A stretch of 64,000 nucleotides of DNA, taken from IMG/VR virus record IMGVR_UViG_3300017991_000001, positions 62,001 to 126,000 of that record; one strand, given 5' to 3'. A model generated the notes under the pieces. It was not told the DNA's origin and did no database searches. It saw only the letters and a list, made by a program, of their open reading frames with translations. This document shows, piece by piece, positions 53,252 through 62,844 of this stretch. Position numbers and translations under genes: made by a program. How positions within the stretch are numbered: position 1 is the stretch's first letter; every line of letters begins with the position of its first letter.

Positions 53252-53686
53252 ATGCCCTCACAGATTTTGATCAAGACATTCATCGACACCAAGCCGGCCG
53301 AGCTCGACCGGAAGGTGAACGCATGGGTGCTCGACGCGAGCGTACGCCTGCTCGAGGTCAAGGTCACTCCCATCTTATGGGAGTCTCAGCATCAGTTCGC
53401 CTTCACCGCACTCTACGAGTCGCGTGATGAGCGAAAGGCGCAGCCTCCGCCCGAGGGGTCCTCCGCGCCCACCGTGCCGGCCTTCGTGAACCTAGAAGGT
53501 CAGGAGCGGTCTGCTGAATGCATGGCGGGTATCTTCGGCGTGCCCGAGGGTTGGAAGCTGTCCCCGACGGACGGGGAGGCGGCACCGGTGGTCTGTCTGA
53601 GTCCGGACTGTGACCTGGCGCCGTATAGCGAACTCTTTGGAAACGTAGAGGAGCATACCTATGAGCGAGGAGAAAGCTCCCGCTGA
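53252..53686 (+). CDS. Hypothetical protein
   Basis: Intact ORF after TACAAT. Confidence 0.5.
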   Translation: MPSQILIKTFIDTKPAELDRKVNAWVLDASVRLLEVKVTPILWESQHQFAFTALYESRDERKAQPPPEGSSAPTVPAFVNLEGQERSAECMAGIFGVPEGWKLSPTDGEAAPVVCLSPDCDLAPYSELFGNVEEHTYERGESSR

Positions 53687-54029
53687 AACCCCTCCGGCGT
53701 CGTCGGAGGACACGCCTCCGCCCCCGGCGGACGGCAAGTTCCACTTCCTGGTCGTGCCCGAGAAGGGCGAGGACCAGACACCAAAGTGGGAAACGTCTTC
53801 CACCCTGGAGGACATGCTTTCCCGCTTGCACACCACGCTGGTGACGTGTGAAGTGGGCTGGGTCTACGTCATCATTGATGGCAAACGGGCCCTCCTTTCA
53901 GCACCTAGGCAGGTGTTTGACCTCCAGCTGCCCGACAAAAACGTCGTGCGGGTGGAACCGAAGGATCAGGCGACATTTCTACAGGACGGCCGCTTCGTCG
54001 CTCTGGTGTCGCCTACGCAGCGTGAATAA
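53661..54029 (+). CDS. Hypothetical protein
   Basis: Intact ORF with RBS. Confidence 0.55.
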   Translation: MSEEKAPAETPPASSEDTPPPPADGKFHFLVVPEKGEDQTPKWETSSTLEDMLSRLHTTLVTCEVGWVYVIIDGKRALLSAPRQVFDLQLPDKNVVRVEPKDQATFLQDGRFVALVSPTQRE

Positions 54030-54074
54030 TGCTGCGTGCGAACGTGGAGAAGTGTGTTTGGAGGAAACAGCACC

Positions 54075-55679
54075 ATGAACAAACGTGGAAAACGAGTCGG
54101 CGGCCGACCGCGGTTCAAACGCGAGGTCAGTGAGTTGCAGGCACGCATCAGATCCCTTCCAAGTGATGAGGCCATTTTCTCTATCATCGGTCCCAAGAAC
54201 GAGGACATCGTTCCTCTTTCCAGGGCGAAAGCCCTTGTCATCTCCCGCGGGGATTACCCCCGCACCTACGTGCCGCTGCAGCTGCGCGGCATGCTCCCCT
54301 GTGTTGTGTCCCTCTTGCCCGTCGTTTGGGAAGCCATCCAGCGAACGAAGGAAGACGGCAGCATCGAAACCTCCTACAAGGCCCACATCGGCGGGCCCGG
54401 CTGGTACGAGTACCGCAAGGGCAAGCACCACAGCCTGTACGCCCGCGAGCACATTCGCGGCTATCAGCCTTGCGGCACCGAAATCGACCTCTTCGAGACC
54501 GATCCCCGCGAGCCCCGCTGTCCGCGTTGGGGCTTGAAGGACGAGCGCATTTTCCTTCGCTCCAACAAGGTGAAGATCGACCGTGTGGAGCAGCGCGTGC
54601 ACAAGAAGATGGTGCAGCACGCCGGGAGGATGCTGGACCCTATTAAGCTGGAGGACATGCCGGGTTACGACGTGAACGGCTTTGGCGAGCTGCGCATGCC
54701 GGACCTGCTGTTCGTGCCCAGCAAACAGCCCCTTCGCCTTAACTATGACACCATCGATGACGTCGTGCTCACGGCGGTGAACATGGGGTTGTGGGGCGTG
54801 CGCGACCACGACGTCTTCCTTAGGGGTTTGCAGGCGCCACAGCGCGGTGTGGTGACGCGCGAGCAGGGGTCCAACGACTACACGTTCCGCCCGGACGAGG
54901 ACCCCGATGACGATGAGGAAGTGATCTACTATCACCGCCACATCTGCTCGGACGTCGAGCTTCGCTGCCGACAGCTGTTCCACCTTCCGGTCCGCGCGGA
55001 GCTGCGCCCGACCCTCCCGCCTGGTGAGCATCGCGTGGCGCGCGGCCACGTGCTGTACGCGCCGCAGATGCCGGCCGACACGTTCAAGGATGTTGACGCC
55101 CTCAAGAAGTCGGTGGGACAGGGCGTCCTGAACATGTATCGGTTCATTGCCGCACTGACCCGCGCCCGCATGGTGAACAACCTGCCGGCGCTGGACTCGG
55201 ACGTGGCGGTGGGCGGCGGCGAGCCATACCTGGACCTGGACTCCATGATCCCCCGGGTGCAGAAGTTGGTGGGTTCGCCCATCAGCCTGGTGTACCGGCA
55301 GGGCTTCTGGAATGTCAATCTTTCCGACTTCCAGGGCAGGCGCTCCAACCGCTTGCTGTCCGAGGAGCTTCGCGAGGAACGGGCCGTGCGTCGCAAGGCC
55401 CGGGAATCCAAGCTCAAGGAGAAGCCTCTTCCCGAACCGGCGAAGAAGCTCGCCGCGGCGCGTGAGGAGGTCCAGAAGGCAGCGGCCAAGGAGAAGAAGG
55501 CCAAGGAGAAGGCCTACAGTTACACGACCTTCTCGGCGGCAGGGCTGCCCATAGACCAGGGTACGGTGATGGCGTCGGACAAGAAGGAAGCCCGCAAGAA
55601 GGTGCGCGAGCTTCTGCAGGTCGACAAGTTGCCGAAAGGCACTGTCGTGGAGAAGGCCAAGGAAGCAGCGGTTTCCTGA
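54075..55679 (+). CDS. Large hypothetical protein
   Basis: GAGGA RBS; followed by terminator. Confidence 0.65.
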   Translation: MNKRGKRVGGRPRFKREVSELQARIRSLPSDEAIFSIIGPKNEDIVPLSRAKALVISRGDYPRTYVPLQLRGMLPCVVSLLPVVWEAIQRTKEDGSIETSYKAHIGGPGWYEYRKGKHHSLYAREHIRGYQPCGTEIDLFETDPREPRCPRWGLKDERIFLRSNKVKIDRVEQRVHKKMVQHAGRMLDPIKLEDMPGYDVNGFGELRMPDLLFVPSKQPLRLNYDTIDDVVLTAVNMGLWGVRDHDVFLRGLQAPQRGVVTREQGSNDYTFRPDEDPDDDEEVIYYHRHICSDVELRCRQLFHLPVRAELRPTLPPGEHRVARGHVLYAPQMPADTFKDVDALKKSVGQGVLNMYRFIAALTRARMVNNLPALDSDVAVGGGEPYLDLDSMIPRVQKLVGSPISLVYRQGFWNVNLSDFQGRRSNRLLSEELREERAVRRKARESKLKEKPLPEPAKKLAAAREEVQKAAAKEKKAKEKAYSYTTFSAAGLPIDQGTVMASDKKEARKKVRELLQVDKLPKGTVVEKAKEAAVS

Positions 55680-55696
55680 CGGTGAGGTCGGGAAGC

Positions 55697-55738
55697 GGGG
55701 GTTGCGGGCGCTTCGGCGCCCGTGGCCCCTTTCTCTTT
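55697..55738 (+). terminator. Rho-independent terminator
   Basis: GC-rich stem with C-TTCG-G tetraloop followed by TTTCTCTTT. Confidence 0.75.
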
Positions 55739-55773
55739 AGCTATCAGCCAGTATGATACCCACGGGAGGAACC

Positions 55774-56874
55774 ATGGCTGGCGAAGAAGAAGTGAACGAC
55801 GAATACCGTGACGGCAGACAGAGTCACGGCATGAAGGGCACTGTGGTCCCCAGCGCCCGCAAGGGCGACCGCGAGGACAGCGGCGTGCGCTTCGACCCGC
55901 ACAACCCGCGCTTCGACCACAACATCGTGGTGGTGCGCGAGGACGGAGGGGAAAGCAAGGTCGGCATTTCCGCCGAGACGCAGGAGAAGTTGAAGAATGG
56001 CCTGCGCAAAGGACAGAGGGTGGATTACGACCAGCTCATGGAGAAAGGAAACGCCCCCGTGGAACGCTCCGAGATTCCTCTTACCCGCGAAGCGCCGTCC
56101 GCCGCCATCGACGACAGCGTGCCCGACACCGAGGAGACGCTGAGCATGCCCAGCGTGATCAGGAGTCCCGCACCCGCGCCGGAGCCCGTGCGGCAGGAGG
56201 AACCGGACCCGGAACCCGTACCGGTGGCGGAGCCGGCGCCTGAACCGGAACCGGAGCCACAGAAGCCCGCCGAGCCCATGGAGGCCAACAGGCCCGTCAG
56301 CAAGACTCCGGCGGACCTGGACCTCGAACCGGACCCGTCTCCGGGCCCCGAGCAGCTGTCCAGCTACACGGTCGAGAAGGACGAGGCGTCCGGCAAGTCC
56401 AGGCCCCTGTTGAAGCCCGCGGAGTCACCGGGCGGCGCGGAGTTCGACGACGCGTCCCTCGAGCGCGACGAGGGTTCCGACTTGGGTGAGATGCCGGACA
56501 TTTCGATGCAGGCACCGGAATCCAAGGGCGTGCCGATCAAGAGCCCCAACGTGAACCTGGACAGCGCACCCATGCGGGTGCAGCGCGTCAAAGTCAGGTT
56601 CATAAGCAAGTTGGGGAAGTTGGCGATTCCATACAACCTGGTTTTCCGGTATGGTATGAACCTGGTGTTGATCCAGTACAGCGAGGAGGGCATCTTCTAC
56701 GACCCCCCGCAGGCGACGGACCTGGAGATCGAGGTGTGGTGGCACGGGAGCGTGTTCATCTGTTTCCCGGGCGTCTACTTCGAGTTCCCGGACGGACAAA
56801 CCTCGCAGACCATCTTTTTCATCGACGAGGACAAGACACGTGCCAAGCGAAAAGAGCTCCGAGAAGCCCAGTGA
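55774..56874 (+). CDS. Hypothetical protein with long Pro/Glu-rich linker
   Basis: GGGAGGA RBS; PEPEP-type low complexity. Confidence 0.65.
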   Translation: MAGEEEVNDEYRDGRQSHGMKGTVVPSARKGDREDSGVRFDPHNPRFDHNIVVVREDGGESKVGISAETQEKLKNGLRKGQRVDYDQLMEKGNAPVERSEIPLTREAPSAAIDDSVPDTEETLSMPSVIRSPAPAPEPVRQEEPDPEPVPVAEPAPEPEPEPQKPAEPMEANRPVSKTPADLDLEPDPSPGPEQLSSYTVEKDEASGKSRPLLKPAESPGGAEFDDASLERDEGSDLGEMPDISMQAPESKGVPIKSPNVNLDSAPMRVQRVKVRFISKLGKLAIPYNLVFRYGMNLVLIQYSEEGIFYDPPQATDLEIEVWWHGSVFICFPGVYFEFPDGQTSQTIFFIDEDKTRAKRKELREAQ

Positions 56875-56878
56875 AGGC

Positions 56879-57064
56879 ATGGTGAAGAACGGCAACCTGA
56901 AGTCGCCGACCACCCGTTGTGATTTGTGTGGCGCGCCATCTGCCGTTATTCTTCCGAGCGGTAAAGCGCGCTGCCCGGCACACGTCGTCGCGGACAAGAT
57001 GGCCAGTGACGACGAGCCGTTGAAGGGTGCGGGCGAGCGCCTCTCCGGCCAACATGACGCCTGA
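56879..57064 (+). CDS. Small Zn-finger-like protein
   Basis: CDLC...CPAH. Confidence 0.55.
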   Translation: MVKNGNLKSPTTRCDLCGAPSAVILPSGKARCPAHVVADKMASDDEPLKGAGERLSGQHDA

Positions 57065-57075
57065 AGGAGGTCGCC

Positions 57076-58938
57076 GTGCCGATCGACAACACAGCCGTCT
57101 TCTCGTCCTTTCCCAATGAGCCGTCCGGCTCCAACCAGGCCAACCGCTCCAACCGCTTCAGCGGGGCGTTCCCGGACCCCTACCTGGACTATGCCTCCAC
57201 GCAGATGCCGCGCAGCATGTACGACGTGCTGCGCTGGTGCGAGTACGTGTGGATCACCTACGGCACGTACCGCATGGCCTGCCAGCGCGTGGTCCGGTAC
57301 TTCCTGACCCGCATCGAGCTGACCGACGCCTCGGACGACGAGAAGGAGAAGTTCGAGGACTTCCTCGGCCCCGAGCACCTCAACCTGATGCACGAGTTGG
57401 CCAGCTCCGGCGATAACCGGATGGCTTACGGCAACGACTTCATCTCCATGCACGTGCCGTTCCGCCGGCACCTGAAGTGCCCCAACTGCAAGGCGGAGAG
57501 CCCGTTGAAGGGCATGGCCTACCGTTGGATCGGGTGGCGCTTCGAGTCCAAGTGCAAGAAGTGTAAGTACGAGGGCCGCTTCGAGCGCGTGGACCGCCGG
57601 TCCATCGAGCAGGACAAGCTCAGGATCATCCACTGGCCGGCCCACGAGATCCGCATCCTGCACCACCCCATCACCAACGAGTCGATGTACTTCTGGGAGA
57701 TCCCGCCCACGGTCAGGAGCTTGATCGAGCGGGGCAACGAGTTCTACCTGGAGAAGACGCCTTGGGAGATCATCGAGGCTTGCCGGCAGCGCAAGCTTTT
57801 CCGCTTCAACAAGGACGTGATGTTCCACTTGCGCGACGAGCCCATCTCGGGTGTGCGGGACTATGGCTGGGGCATTCCCCTCATCATGGGGAACTTCAAG
57901 CAGGCCTGGCTCATACAGGTCCTGAAGCGCTACAACGAGGCCATTGCGCTGGACTACATCATCCCGTTCCGAGCGGTGACGCCCAAGCCGGGCACCTCGC
58001 GTGAAGCCGACCCGTTGCTGCACATGAACCTGGGCAACTTCCAGAACAAGGTCCTGGGCATGTTCAGGCAGCACCGCCGCGACCCGACCATGATCCACGC
58101 GCTGCCGTTCCCGGTGGAGATGCAGATGTTGGGCGCGGAGGGCAAGCAGCTCGCGCCTTCGGAGCTGCTGGACGCGGCCACCGACGAGTTTCTCAATGCA
58201 CAGGGGATACCCGCCGAGCTTTACAAGGGCACGCTGCAACTGCAGGCCATGCCCACGGCGCTGCGCTTGTTCGAGCGCACATGGGTGTCACTCATAGATG
58301 GCTTTAACGCGATGATCAATTGGATATTCAGGCGCGTATCCGATTTAATGAACTGGGAGAACTTGAAGGGAAGACTGCAACCGGTCACCATGGCCGACGA
58401 TCTGGAACGGAAGGCCGTCATGCTGCAGCTGGCCGCCGGTCAACAGATCTCCCGCCAAACGGCCCTGGCGCCCTTCGGCATCGATCTGCGCGAGGAAATC
58501 AAGCGCATGTTCGAGGAAGAGGAATACACCCAGGAGCAGATGGCGCGTTTCCAGGAGGAAATGGCGCAGAAGCAGGAACTCCAGCAGACCATGCAAATGG
58601 GTGCTGCCGGCATGCTGCCGCCAGGTGGCGCGGCCATGCCTCCAGGCGCCGCACCAATGCCAGGGGCGCCGCCTCCGGCCATGGGCGCTCCCGCCGCTCC
58701 CGCCGCCGCCGGCCAGCAGGGCGTCTCCATCGACGACCTGTCCATGCAGGCCGAGCAGGAGGCCCACCGTCTCATCTCCATGCCGTATGAGATGAGGAAG
58801 TCCGAGCTGTTGCAGATCAAGCGATCCAACGAGACGCTGCATGCCCTGATCATCTCCAAAATGGACACACTGAGGAATCAGGCCAAGACGCAGGGGGGTC
58901 AAATGTTGCTTCAACAGTCCGCGGGTGCCGCGGCGTGA
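57076..58938 (+). CDS. Putative portal / head morphogenesis protein with CxxC insertion
   Basis: 620 aa; YGN.F and WGIP elements, acidic Gln/Pro/Ala-rich tail, position at start of structural-like block; no search run. Confidence 0.4.
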   Translation: MPIDNTAVFSSFPNEPSGSNQANRSNRFSGAFPDPYLDYASTQMPRSMYDVLRWCEYVWITYGTYRMACQRVVRYFLTRIELTDASDDEKEKFEDFLGPEHLNLMHELASSGDNRMAYGNDFISMHVPFRRHLKCPNCKAESPLKGMAYRWIGWRFESKCKKCKYEGRFERVDRRSIEQDKLRIIHWPAHEIRILHHPITNESMYFWEIPPTVRSLIERGNEFYLEKTPWEIIEACRQRKLFRFNKDVMFHLRDEPISGVRDYGWGIPLIMGNFKQAWLIQVLKRYNEAIALDYIIPFRAVTPKPGTSREADPLLHMNLGNFQNKVLGMFRQHRRDPTMIHALPFPVEMQMLGAEGKQLAPSELLDAATDEFLNAQGIPAELYKGTLQLQAMPTALRLFERTWVSLIDGFNAMINWIFRRVSDLMNWENLKGRLQPVTMADDLERKAVMLQLAAGQQISRQTALAPFGIDLREEIKRMFEEEEYTQEQMARFQEEMAQKQELQQTMQMGAAGMLPPGGAAMPPGAAPMPGAPPPAMGAPAAPAAAGQQGVSIDDLSMQAEQEAHRLISMPYEMRKSELLQIKRSNETLHALIISKMDTLRNQAKTQGGQMLLQQSAGAAA

Positions 58939-58950
58939 GGGGAGTTGACA

Positions 58951-59310
58951 ATGGATCAGCAGGTGGACCTTTCCACGGTGCTTTGGATCATCGGTATCTT
59001 CATGACCATCGTCGTGAGCTTGACCGGGGCGGTCTGGGCGCTACTCCTGAAGAATATCGAGCGCGTACGGAATAATGTGGCCGACGCGTTCAATGGTATC
59101 AAGGAGGAGCGCAACCATTGCGACAAGAAGATTGACGAGGTGACCGCGAAGGTGGACGCCGAGCGCAAGGAGCGCACGGACAAGCATGACGCGGCCATGG
59201 AGCGCGTTTTCGGAGAGATCGAGAAGACGAAGGACAAGACGGCGGATCTGGAGGTGACAGTGGCGGGGTTCGGTTCCGTTTACGTGACACGAGCGGAACA
59301 ACAACCATAA
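58951..59310 (+). CDS. Membrane-anchored coiled-coil protein
   Basis: N-terminal hydrophobic helix followed by heptads. Confidence 0.6.
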   Translation: MDQQVDLSTVLWIIGIFMTIVVSLTGAVWALLLKNIERVRNNVADAFNGIKEERNHCDKKIDEVTAKVDAERKERTDKHDAAMERVFGEIEKTKDKTADLEVTVAGFGSVYVTRAEQQP

Positions 59311-59321
59311 GGAGTGGGACC

Positions 59322-59687
59322 ATGCGCATACTGGTTGTCGACTCAAACCGGGTGTTCGCGAGGAAGGTGGGCGACTTCCTGGAACAGCACCTGAAGAAGG
59401 TCGAGGTCGACTATGCCACAAACGTGCCGATCCTGCGACGCAGGTTGAGGGTCAACGACTACGACTACATCATCGCCGACATCTTCACGGCTTTCGACGC
59501 CAAGGCCATGCAGGAGGTGCTGAGCGACGTTGACACGCCGATGCTGGTGTGGTCGATCCTCAAGTCGCCGGACCGCATCACGAACGTCTTCAGGGATCAG
59601 CTCGCCAAACGCGTGCTGCCGAAGCCCGACGACGACGCGGGCATCGAAGCGGCCGTGACGTCTGTCATGCTTCAAACTGTTGAATGA
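59322..59687 (+). CDS. Stand-alone response regulator receiver (CheY-like) domain
   Basis: MRILVVD, YDYIIAD, PMLVWS, LPKP. Confidence 0.7.
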   Translation: MRILVVDSNRVFARKVGDFLEQHLKKVEVDYATNVPILRRRLRVNDYDYIIADIFTAFDAKAMQEVLSDVDTPMLVWSILKSPDRITNVFRDQLAKRVLPKPDDDAGIEAAVTSVMLQTVE

Positions 59688-60298
59688 TGGAAGCGACCTA
59701 CGACCACAACCTGGCCGTCTTCGGCCGCTGGATCGGATTCTGGCGCGACCGTTGGCACAGCAAGGGCGAAGCCTACAGCGGCGGCGTCGAGCAGACCCGC
59801 ACCATCGAAGGCATCATCCGAGGCCTTTTCTCCCCCAAGCACTACTACCCGGACGCCATGGACTTCGGCGCTGGCCACGGCCGCTTCTGCGAGCTGATGA
59901 GCCTGTACTGCGGCCACATCTGGGCGGCGGACATCGTGGACGACATGCTGGACTGCTACGGTTCCAAGGCGCCCACGGTCACGCCCATGAAGCTGGAGTG
60001 GCCGGTCAAGCTGCCCCTGCGGGACGACAAGCTGGACCTGCTGTGGGCCTTCTTCACCTTCCAGCACATCGTCGACCCCACCATCTTCCAGCTCACCACC
60101 CAGGAGCTGCGCCGGGTCCTCAAGTCCGGTTCTCGCATCCTGATCATTGACAACGCCGTCGATACGGCCAATCATGTACGTTCCCGCGGCCCCGAGGCAC
60201 TGGGGAAAGCACTGGGCATGAAGCCCGGCTTCACGCAAGTGCGCGTGACCATAGGGAATCCGCATGACCATTGGCTGATCGACGGGGTCAAGGCTTAA
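59684..60298 (+). CDS. Class I SAM methyltransferase (Methyltransf_11-like)
   Basis: MDFGAGHGR, AADIV, LPL.D..DL, FQHI, LRRVLKSG. Confidence 0.85.
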   Translation: MMEATYDHNLAVFGRWIGFWRDRWHSKGEAYSGGVEQTRTIEGIIRGLFSPKHYYPDAMDFGAGHGRFCELMSLYCGHIWAADIVDDMLDCYGSKAPTVTPMKLEWPVKLPLRDDKLDLLWAFFTFQHIVDPTIFQLTTQELRRVLKSGSRILIIDNAVDTANHVRSRGPEALGKALGMKPGFTQVRVTIGNPHDHWLIDGVKA

Positions 60299-61815
60299 TG
60301 CCCAAGGAAGACTTCGCCCCAGGACTACCCGACCCCTCCCGCTTCGGTGAGATACACAAGCTCATCACGGGGAAGGAGCTCCCCTTTGTCATACAGCGGC
60401 ACCTGGCAGAGCGAGCCGGCCCACACTACGACGTCCGATTCGGTACACGTCCAGACGCCCAGGCTCCGCTGGTCTCGTTCGCCACGAAGAAGGACTGGCC
60501 GGGGCCCGGCGGCAAGACGATGCTCTTCCAGCAGCCGCTCCACAGCGGACAGTACGCCGACTTCGAGGGCGAGATCACGCACGGCTACGGCAAGGGCACG
60601 GTCAAGACCCATGAGAAGGGGAAGCTGATCGTCACTCAGGCTGACAAGGACAAGATCAAGTTCGTCCTGGCCCACAAGAAGTTCCCCGAGACCTACACCC
60701 TGATCCGCAAGAGCGGTCCTCCCAGGCCCAAGACCGAGCGCCAGCGTGCCACGCAGGGCGGCTCGTGGCTGTTGATCAACACCACGCCCATGGACGCCGC
60801 GAAGATGCTGGGCGGCGAGCCTGAAGCTGTCGGCCTCAACAAGATGCGTTACACAAAGATCCCGTCCGAGCAGGTGGACAAGGTCTTCAGCAAGGACTAC
60901 CTGGTGCAGGAGAAGGTTGACGGGGCCAGCGCTTTATATCACCTGCTGGCCGACCGGATCGAGGTGTTGTCCTACCGCACGGCCCAGGACGACCGCCCCA
61001 TCATCCACACCTACAGGACCATGGGGCCGGGCGGCGAGAAGGCCGGGGTCAAACTCCCCAAGCGCCTGATCGGGACCATCCTCCGCGGCGAGATCTACGG
61101 CGAGCGGGAGGGCCAGGCCATACCGCCGCAGGAGCTGGGCGGCATCCTCAACGCTTCGACCGTGCGGTCCCTGGAGAAGCAACGCGAGCAGAAGGTCAGG
61201 ATGAAGCACATGCTGTTCGACGTGGTCCGGTTGGGCAAGGACTACGTGCCGCCCGTCTCCGTGGGCGCCGAGGACCGCATGCGGATGCTCAGCGACGTGT
61301 CCAAGTACCTGCCACCGTCTTTCAGCATGCCGGAGACGGCCACCGACCCTGCTGCACAGCGTGACTTATACAAACGTATTACGGGCGGCGAGCACCCGCG
61401 CACGCGTGAGGGGATCATCGCCTGGCCCAAGGAGCCCGGGAAGAAGCCGATCAAGGTCAAGGCCACCCCAGAGGCCGACGTGTGGGTGCAGAAGGTCTTC
61501 CCCGGAGAGAAGAGATTGAAGGGTGTCGGAGCCGGTGGTTTCGAGTATAGTCTGTCACCGGAAGGCCCCGTAACGGGCCGTGTCGGTACAGGGTTTACAG
61601 AAGCCACGCGCAAGGAGATGCTGGAAGATCCAGAGGGGTGGAAGGGCCGCCTGGCCCGCATTCGCTCCCAGGGCCGCTTCCCAAGCGGCGCACACCGTGC
61701 CCCGGCTTTCATTTCGCTGCACGAGGACTATCCTTTGCGCAAGGCGTCCTCGGCGGACCTGGACGCGATACAGGAACTTCTGGACGCCGCGACACGCGCT
61801 TTCATGACGAGGTAG
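60298..61815 (+). CDS. LigD-type 3'-phosphoesterase domain fused to ATP-dependent DNA ligase
   Basis: FVIQRHLA.RAGPHYDVR...FEGEI..GYGKG.V; QEKVDG, LRGEI, LFDVV, EGII, KVK, GRVGTGF, P.F. Confidence 0.8.
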   Translation: MPKEDFAPGLPDPSRFGEIHKLITGKELPFVIQRHLAERAGPHYDVRFGTRPDAQAPLVSFATKKDWPGPGGKTMLFQQPLHSGQYADFEGEITHGYGKGTVKTHEKGKLIVTQADKDKIKFVLAHKKFPETYTLIRKSGPPRPKTERQRATQGGSWLLINTTPMDAAKMLGGEPEAVGLNKMRYTKIPSEQVDKVFSKDYLVQEKVDGASALYHLLADRIEVLSYRTAQDDRPIIHTYRTMGPGGEKAGVKLPKRLIGTILRGEIYGEREGQAIPPQELGGILNASTVRSLEKQREQKVRMKHMLFDVVRLGKDYVPPVSVGAEDRMRMLSDVSKYLPPSFSMPETATDPAAQRDLYKRITGGEHPRTREGIIAWPKEPGKKPIKVKATPEADVWVQKVFPGEKRLKGVGAGGFEYSLSPEGPVTGRVGTGFTEATRKEMLEDPEGWKGRLARIRSQGRFPSGAHRAPAFISLHEDYPLRKASSADLDAIQELLDAATRAFMTR

Positions 61816-61819
61816 AGCC

Positions 61820-62533
61820 ATGGCCGAAGCAGATCGCGTACGCACCCTGGTCAAGAACCTGACCGACCGCCGGCGGGTCAGCTGGATGCCGCCCAACGGC
61901 CGCGAGATGGGCGACCAGGAGCAGGTCAGTGTGGACGGCGTGCTCGAGAACATCGTCGTGATGGGCATGGACGCTGCGGTCTTCGACCAGTACGTCTACG
62001 ACCTGGCCAACGACCGTGTCGAGATCACCAAGCTGGGCTACGCAGGCGGCGGCGAGGAGGAGACCGAGTCCTTCACCACGGTGGTGGGCGACGGCTCCGA
62101 GACGGTCTTCGACATCGACGCGGGCTTCAACACGGCCAACGCCAGGGTCTTCGTTTACGACACCATCAGCGGCTCCCAGATCACGGCCTACCAGTTCCAG
62201 CTGCAGACGCCCACGACCACCAGCGTGCGGCTGACCTTCAACCCCGCGCCGGCCGCGGGGCAGATCCGGGTCTTCATCTTCAGCCCGAGCACGGCGGAGG
62301 GCGAGACCTACGATTCCGGCGACATCGGCAACGGCGCCGACACTGAATTCGTGCTCGATTTGGGCTTCCCGGCGGCCCTGGCGGACATCTACGTTTTCGA
62401 TGCGCTTGGCGGAGGACCGATCTTCGGATACTCCTTGCAGCGCGCCACGCCCACCCTGAACAGCATCACGGTGGGGTTTTCCCCTGCTCCGGCTTCGGGG
62501 CAGATTCGGCTGTTCGCGTTTGAGCGGTCTTGA
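61820..62533 (+). CDS. Putative virion protein with two about 65-aa beta repeats
   Basis: G[DN]G..T.F....GF...V.D...TPT..S....F.PAPA.GQIR twice. Confidence 0.6.
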   Translation: MAEADRVRTLVKNLTDRRRVSWMPPNGREMGDQEQVSVDGVLENIVVMGMDAAVFDQYVYDLANDRVEITKLGYAGGGEEETESFTTVVGDGSETVFDIDAGFNTANARVFVYDTISGSQITAYQFQLQTPTTTSVRLTFNPAPAAGQIRVFIFSPSTAEGETYDSGDIGNGADTEFVLDLGFPAALADIYVFDALGGGPIFGYSLQRATPTLNSITVGFSPAPASGQIRLFAFERS

Positions 62534-62581
62534 CCGTAAAGATGCGGGCGCCTATCATGAGGCCGGTACGGAGAAGGGCCC

Positions 62582-62833
62582 ATGGCAAAATCTCAAGGTA
62601 CGTTTGGGAACGGCGCCGACACGCAATTCGACGTCAACGCGGGCTTCAGCACCGCCGTCGTTTGCGTGCGGCTCTTCGACCTTAACCGGGACGGACTTGA
62701 GATCCCGGCTTTCCAGCTGCAAAAGCAGACGCCCACGGCCAACAGTGTAAGGTTCATCTTGACCCCGGCACCGGCGTCAAACTCGATCCAGTACGTGATT
62801 ACGGACGGTACGGAACCGCCAGATCCGGCGTGA
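62582..62833 (+). CDS. Single-domain paralog of the preceding repeat
   Basis: GNGADTQFDVNAGF...TPTANSVRF..TPAPASNSI. Confidence 0.6.
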   Translation: MAKSQGTFGNGADTQFDVNAGFSTAVVCVRLFDLNRDGLEIPAFQLQKQTPTANSVRFILTPAPASNSIQYVITDGTEPPDPA

Positions 62834-62844
62834 GGAGGTAGGTG

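Noticed and set aside
56425-58239. 604-aa minus-strand ORF
   Set aside because: Antisense shadow of the GC3-biased plus-strand gene; the translation is not protein-like.
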